Positions 63,726-64,000 of a stretch of 64,000 bases of DNA are shown here, one piece after another. The stretch comes from Eledone cirrhosa (Eukaryota): contig OZ024755.1 of NCBI GenBank assembly GCA_964016885.1, forward strand, positions 14,508,001 to 14,572,000, in the 5' to 3' direction. Numbering within the stretch: the stretch's first letter is position 1; each line of letters opens with the position of its first letter. The notes under the pieces were generated by a model. That model saw only the letters and a list, made by a program, of their open reading frames with translations, was not told the DNA's origin and searched no databases. The position numbers and the translations under genes are program-made.

Positions 63726-64000
63726 CACACATATGGTGGCTGCCAACTCGTTTTCGAGTACGGCCACTACTTTATATCCATGTAGGAGAACCCTTACCGA
63801 TGCGCTGAACGAGTGTGCCTTTTTAGTCCAGCCAGCGACTTGAAAACTCTGGTACAAACACTACACTTGTGACAATTATTGACACATAGTGCTGGGCCCA
63901 TGGTACCATGTGACGACAAGTGCAGAGAGATCTCCAGATATAAAGCAATGCCTGTGCCGTGAAGTTTTTATAGTGAGCAAAGGCACTGCACAAAGCCATA

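Overview
AT-rich eukaryotic non-coding DNA, most consistent with an octopod (Octopus-like) cephalopod genome; this is inferred from the SINE families and the extreme microsatellite load. Almost all ORFs in the supplied track are microsatellite translations, and no protein-coding gene can be called with confidence. The window holds multi-kb (TA)n/(TATG)n tracts, many tRNA-derived SINE copies, Tc1/mariner- and piggyBac-type MITE relics and a decayed RTE LINE 3' end. The main find is a ~3.5-kb tandem array (26896-30387) of a ~468-bp unit. Each unit carries a type I hammerhead ribozyme (CUGAUGA...GAAA...GUU, palindromic ACUAGU stem III; canonical in 7 of 8 copies) inside a monomer that folds into many G-U-containing hairpins, which matches a non-LTR retrozyme/circRNA-type element. 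Two other short families sit inside (TA)n tracts with fold-back structures and partial hammerhead cores (Penelope pLTR-like), and several decayed hammerheads are scattered across the window. This suggests a local ribozyme-bearing retroelement system that targets microsatellites. Coordinates were read by eye and may be off by a few bases.
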